A DNA stretch of 64,000 nt, taken from positions 1,238-65,237 of the forward strand of contig JAAYDU010000027.1 of NCBI GenBank assembly GCA_012729095.1, written 5' to 3'. Position numbers and translations under genes: made by a program. This DNA is from Methanobacteriota archaeon (GTDB taxonomy: Archaea > Thermoplasmatota > Thermoplasmata > Methanomassiliicoccales > UBA472). The notes below the pieces were generated by a model, which saw nothing but the letters and a program-made list of their open reading frames with translations, was not told the origin of the DNA and ran no database searches. Of the stretch, positions 60,563 to 64,000 are shown in pieces (the stretch's first letter is position 1; each line of letters begins with the position of its first letter).

Positions 60563-60578
60563 TTTTTTTCTTTTCTTC
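60563..60578 (+). terminator. Oligo-T tract downstream of the RPA operon
   Basis: TTTTTTTCTTTTCTTC begins 32 nt after the stop codon. Archaeal termination typically occurs at such T runs. Confidence 0.4.
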
Positions 60579-61587
60579 ACCGGAGCTGCGCCATCAGCTG
60601 GTCCTCGAACTGCCACTGCGCGGTGAAGTGGTCGTTGAGGTCCTTGATGATGAAGTAGTACCAGATGAACACGACTATACCCAGGAGCAGGGTCAGTATG
60701 AGCAGCAGGATGTTGGGCCTCTCCTTTATGGTGCTCCAAGAGGGGGTCATAATGTTGATCCCCAGCTTCTGGCAGGCAGCCTGTGTGTACTGGGTGAAGG
60801 CGTGCCAGCGCTTGTCGTGGTCGAACGGGTACTCGGACAGGAAGAACATCACTACGTAGTTAAGGAGCGGGAGCAGGCTGATGATGGTCCACAGGACCGG
60901 CGTCCTCTCCTTCTCCTTGTACATGGCCTCCTGGTTGATGCTCTCCAGCGCGGAAACCTCGTTGGCTATGAGCTGGGCCCTGCCGGTCTCAGCACCCTTG
61001 TCCTTGAGATACGAGATTATGGCCATGCGCAGGGCCATCTCGCGCTTGCGGTGCTCGTCCATCCGCTTGAGGAGCTTGTAGTTGAGCAATGCGTACAGGA
61101 CTATGCCGATGGGGAAGGCGATAACAAAGCCCCACCCGCCTATGAGTATCATCAGCACCGTGCCGATGATCGCGGCGATGACGATGGATATTATTGGCCA
61201 AATGATCCAGATCCCGCTCATGATCTCGTCGGTCATGTTGCGGTTCTGTATGGCTCCGGCTATCTGCCCCTTGGCCCCCCCGTAAGATTGCCCGTACGGT
61301 TGTCCGGGCGCTCCATAGGCCGGCGCACCGTAAGCGGGAGCGGGCTGCTGCCATCCACCCTGCTGAGGCTGCTGGTAGTTCTGAGGAGGCTGTTGATAGC
61401 CCTGCTGAGGCGGTTGCTGCTGGTAGTTCTGAGGAGGCTGTTGATAGCCCTGCTGAGGCGGTTGCTCAGCGGACTGCGGGGGGGAGCTGATGCTCCTTCC
61501 GCAGCCCTGACAGAACTGGGCGTCGGCGTTTGCCAACTTCCCACAATAAGGACACGTCTTTGTTCCGTCCATGTGATTATCTCCCAT
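60577..61587 (-). CDS. Zinc-ribbon + Q/P/Y-rich low-complexity linker + polytopic membrane domain protein
   Basis: N-terminal CPYCG...CQGCG. A linker follows (QQGYQQPPQNYQQQPPQQGYQQPPQNYQQPQQGGWQQPAPAYGAPAYGAPGQPYGQSYGG), then about 4 TM segments. Confidence 0.6.
   Translation of the reverse strand: MGDNHMDGTKTCPYCGKLANADAQFCQGCGRSISSPPQSAEQPPQQGYQQPPQNYQQQPPQQGYQQPPQNYQQPQQGGWQQPAPAYGAPAYGAPGQPYGQSYGGAKGQIAGAIQNRNMTDEIMSGIWIIWPIISIVIAAIIGTVLMILIGGWGFVIAFPIGIVLYALLNYKLLKRMDEHRKREMALRMAIISYLKDKGAETGRAQLIANEVSALESINQEAMYKEKERTPVLWTIISLLPLLNYVVMFFLSEYPFDHDKRWHAFTQYTQAACQKLGINIMTPSWSTIKERPNILLLILTLLLGIVVFIWYYFIIKDLNDHFTAQWQFEDQLMAQLR
61371..61466. repeat. Perfect 48-bp tandem duplication (2 copies) inside the Q/P/Y-rich linker coding region
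   Basis: 61371-61418 and 61419-61466 are identical: gctggtagttctgaggaggctgttgatagccctgctgaggcggttgct. Confidence 0.9.
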
Positions 61588-61636
61588 CTGATGTTCCCCT
61601 GAGGGGGTTCATGCGTATATGCCGTTTCATATATAT

Positions 61637-62476
61637 TTATAACATCGAGGTCGCGCCGTCTCTTTCCACGACCGCAGCTGCGTAACCGACCACGTCGTCC
61701 ATAGGTCTCACGTCGCCCGAGTTGCCGTAATGCAGTAGCCTTGCCTTGCTGCCTCCGCAGGCCATGATCATCGTCGCCACCGGCCCGTAGCCGCACATGC
61801 TGATATCGTTGCGTTGGACGACGTCCACCACGCCTTCGGCGTCCAGCATCATTATTCGTTCCAGCACCATCCAGTCCTTCTCCCGCGCCACTTCCGCAGG
61901 AAGGTAATGGGACAGGTCGGAGGACGCCAGGAACACGACGTCCTTGCCCGCGCAGGCCTCCTTCAGCACCTTGGCCGCCTCCCTTGCCATGACCATATCC
62001 TGATGCCCCATGACTATGGGGACCACCTTCACCTCCGGATCAAGGTACTGCAGAAAGGGAAGCTGCACCTCCAGGCTGTGCTCGTAGAGATGCGCGGAAC
62101 GGTCTATCTCCACAACGCCCTTCAGCCGGGATATTATGTCCCGGTCGGAACGGACCGTCCCGAGCGGGGTCTGGAAGTCCTCGCTGCTGGCCGAGACCGC
62201 TTTGCCGTAACCGGTGTGATTGGGACCGATTATGACCGCCGTTTCCGGCATCCCGTCGGCGGCCATCGCCGCGTACACGTGCGCCGCCACCGGGCCGGAG
62301 AACATCAGGCCTGCGTGGGGAACTACCGCTCCGGCGATCTTTCTAGGACCGTTCTTGACCACAGCCGGCAGCTTGCCTGGACCCAGGGGGGAAAGGAAGC
62401 ATCGCTCAAGCTCCTTGATCAAACCGTTCCTGGATGATGAGTAGAACTGACCGGCGACCGCTGCCCGGCGAACCAT
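61637..62476 (-). CDS. MEMO1-family protein (AmmeMemoRadiSam system protein B)
   Basis: Carries AAVAGQFY, VVPHAGLMFSG, IIGPNHTG and SSDLSHY. Confidence 0.85.
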   Translation of the reverse strand: MVRRAAVAGQFYSSSRNGLIKELERCFLSPLGPGKLPAVVKNGPRKIAGAVVPHAGLMFSGPVAAHVYAAMAADGMPETAVIIGPNHTGYGKAVSASSEDFQTPLGTVRSDRDIISRLKGVVEIDRSAHLYEHSLEVQLPFLQYLDPEVKVVPIVMGHQDMVMAREAAKVLKEACAGKDVVFLASSDLSHYLPAEVAREKDWMVLERIMMLDAEGVVDVVQRNDISMCGYGPVATMIMACGGSKARLLHYGNSGDVRPMDDVVGYAAAVVERDGATSML

Positions 62477-62515
62477 GTGTCAAAATAAGGAAAGGGAAGT
62501 TAAAAGGGTTGGGGT

Positions 62516-63127
62516 TCAAAGGCTGGCTTCGAAGTCGTCGATGCTCAGCTTGAAGTCCTCGTCCCTGGTCAGCTTGCCCTGTTCCTTGAGAACCTCGCGG
62601 GTGAGCAGCCAGTAGACGCAGGCCAGGGAGCGCCGCCCCTTGTTGTTGGTCGGGATGACCAGGTCGACGTTCCTCGTCTCGTTGTTGGCGTCGCAAAGGG
62701 CCACGATCGGTATCCCCACGTTCAACGCCTCGGCCACTGCCTGCTGGTCGGCGGCGGGGTCGGTGACCACGATCACGTCCGGCTCGATGTAGCGGTTCAG
62801 CACCGGGTTGGTCAGGGAGCCGGGTATGAGCCTTTCCCCGAAGTACATGGCACCGATGGCCTTGGACATGATCCTGACCGGTTTCTGCCCGTACTGCCTG
62901 GCGGACACGACCAGTATCCTGTCGGACCTGAACCGGGAAAGGAACTTGGCCGCCGCCCTTATGCGGACGTCGGTCTGCTTGACGTCCATGACGTACAGGC
63001 CGTCGGTCCTGACCTTGAAGATGAAATCCTTCATGTCAGCACTCTTCTGCTGGGTGCCAATGTGGACACCGGAGGTCAGGTATACGTCCTCCGGTACGAG
63101 AAGCTCGGACTTGGACTCGTCGCTCAT
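62516..63127 (-). CDS. rps2: Ribosomal protein uS2
   Basis: [33 protein letters not shown]...[15 protein letters not shown]. Confidence 0.9.
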   Translation of the reverse strand: MSDESKSELLVPEDVYLTSGVHIGTQQKSADMKDFIFKVRTDGLYVMDVKQTDVRIRAAAKFLSRFRSDRILVVSARQYGQKPVRIMSKAIGAMYFGERLIPGSLTNPVLNRYIEPDVIVVTDPAADQQAVAEALNVGIPIVALCDANNETRNVDLVIPTNNKGRRSLACVYWLLTREVLKEQGKLTRDEDFKLSIDDFEASL

Positions 63128-63136
63128 TTTATAACC

Positions 63137-63310
63137 TCATATATCGCGCTTTACAGTTATCGGGATAGTTCCCTTGTCGAACTCCAACTGAGAGATGGTG
63201 ATCGGATCTATCATCCCTTCGGGGATCTCGAGAAGCACAGGCGCGCCTAGGGATATCTGCAGTGCCCTGGCACCGATTATGCGCGCCTTCTCAAATCTAG
63301 TATACTTCAT
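63137..63310 (-). CDS. rpoK: DNA-directed RNA polymerase subunit K (Rpo6)
   Basis: 57-aa ORF found by hand; it is below the length cutoff of the ORF track. [57 protein letters not shown] is the classical RpoK/Rpb6 core. It lies just upstream of rps2. Confidence 0.85.
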   Translation of the reverse strand: MKYTRFEKARIIGARALQISLGAPVLLEIPEGMIDPITISQLEFDKGTIPITVKRDI

Positions 63311-63469
63311 GAATTCACCATAAGGGGGAGTGTCCCCATATTCACGAGGGGCTTATAAATTTTTTCACGACCTGCACGGGGCATGCCAGACATCCTTTTC
63401 AGGTGTTTTCGGGCGACTTCTGGAACGTCCTTGTGCTCACCCAATCGTTGCCCTAATATATACCTTGCC

Positions 63470-63952
63470 CTAGCGGAACCTCTTGGCGGAGTGTGCCACC
63501 AGCCCCCCCTCCCTGAGTATCTCCAATAGGAAATCGGGCAGCGGCACGAACTTTCCAGTGCGCCCGTTGGTCTCGTTGATCAATACCCCTTTCTCCAGGT
63601 TGATCAGCGCCACGTCCCCGTTCTCGAACATATCCGCGGCGTTGAACTCCACCACCGGAAGCCCAATGTTTATGGCGTTGCGGTAGAATATGCGGGCGAA
63701 GCTTGAGGCTACCACCGCTCCAACGCCAGCATGCTTGAGCGCGAGGGGCGCCTGTTCCCGGCTGGAGCCGCACCCGAAGTTGCGCCCTGCCACGATGATG
63801 TCGCCGTAAGCAACGTCCTTGGCGAACCGGGGGTCCAGGTCCTCCATCGCATGCCTGGCCATGTTCTTGACGTCGTAGTCGTCCAGGTACCTGCCTGGTA
63901 TGATGACGTCGGTGTTCACGTGGTCCCCGTACTTCCATACCTTTCCTTTCAT
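63470..63952 (-). CDS. 3-isopropylmalate / homoaconitate dehydratase small subunit
   Basis: [23 protein letters not shown]...[14 protein letters not shown]. The start at ATG 63952 or GTG 63955 overlaps the stop of the large-subunit gene. Confidence 0.85.
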   Translation of the reverse strand: MKGKVWKYGDHVNTDVIIPGRYLDDYDVKNMARHAMEDLDPRFAKDVAYGDIIVAGRNFGCGSSREQAPLALKHAGVGAVVASSFARIFYRNAINIGLPVVEFNAADMFENGDVALINLEKGVLINETNGRTGKFVPLPDFLLEILREGGLVAHSAKRFR

Positions 63953-64000
63953 CACAGCACCTCCCGGGGATCTGCGATCTGCCCCTTGAGCGCGGAGGCG
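63952..64000 (-). CDS. C-terminal end of the aconitase-family dehydratase large subunit (partial, runs off the window)
   Basis: The minus frame is open to the right edge and ends ...[15 protein letters not shown]-stop directly before the small-subunit gene. Assigned by position only. Confidence 0.45.
   Translation of the reverse strand, partial: ASALKGQIADPREVL

Noticed and set aside
61300-61480. Repetitive DNA that might suggest a CRISPR array or satellite.
   Set aside because: It has only two adjacent copies with no spacers, lies in frame inside a coding region and encodes a low-complexity linker. It is not a CRISPR array.
63371-63457. 28-codon minus-strand ORF upstream of rpoK ([28 protein letters not shown]).
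   Set aside because: It overlaps the likely rpoK promoter (AAAAAATTTATAAG). It is too short, and no similarity to known small ribosomal or RNAP subunits was recognised.

Overview
High-GC archaeal chromosomal segment. Archaeal markers present include fibrillarin, Nop5, aIF5A, Kae1, CDP-archaeol synthase, PurP, RpoK, SmAP, RPA and SMC-ScpAB. It carries about 70 tightly packed genes, many coupled by 1-14 nt overlaps (ATGA/GTGA type), plus one tRNA-Val(GAC). I recognised no rRNA, CRISPR array, transposase or integrase. Many long ORFs in the six-frame track are antisense or out-of-frame shadows typical of GC-rich DNA and were not called. The stand-out is a four-gene minus-strand operon at 823-3086. 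It encodes a ThiF/UBA-type E1, an 81-aa beta-grasp ubiquitin-like protein ending GG-KI, a canonical UBC-fold E2 (HPN...Cys) and an Rpn11/CSN5-like JAMM metalloprotease. This is a compact eukaryote-type ubiquitylation cassette with no RING E3 in cis. Divergent from it lies a polyphosphate cluster: ppk1, an unusual CHAD + metallophosphoesterase + Ppx-C-terminal-domain fusion, and ppx. Other points worth a second look:
- an IMPase / NAD kinase / minimal-JAMM operon
- a rifampin-phosphotransferase-like PEP-dependent kinase coupled to an uncharacterised partner
- truncated gene debris next to the tRNA
- an MtnA + class II aldolase pair (possible DHAP shunt)
- an ABC importer operon with no binding protein, two different ATPases and a PhoU-like DUF47
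- a recurring CCATTTTCA motif just downstream of stop codons
- a perfect 48-bp tandem duplication inside a Q/P/Y-rich zinc-ribbon membrane protein
All family assignments rest on motif recognition by eye. No database search was run.
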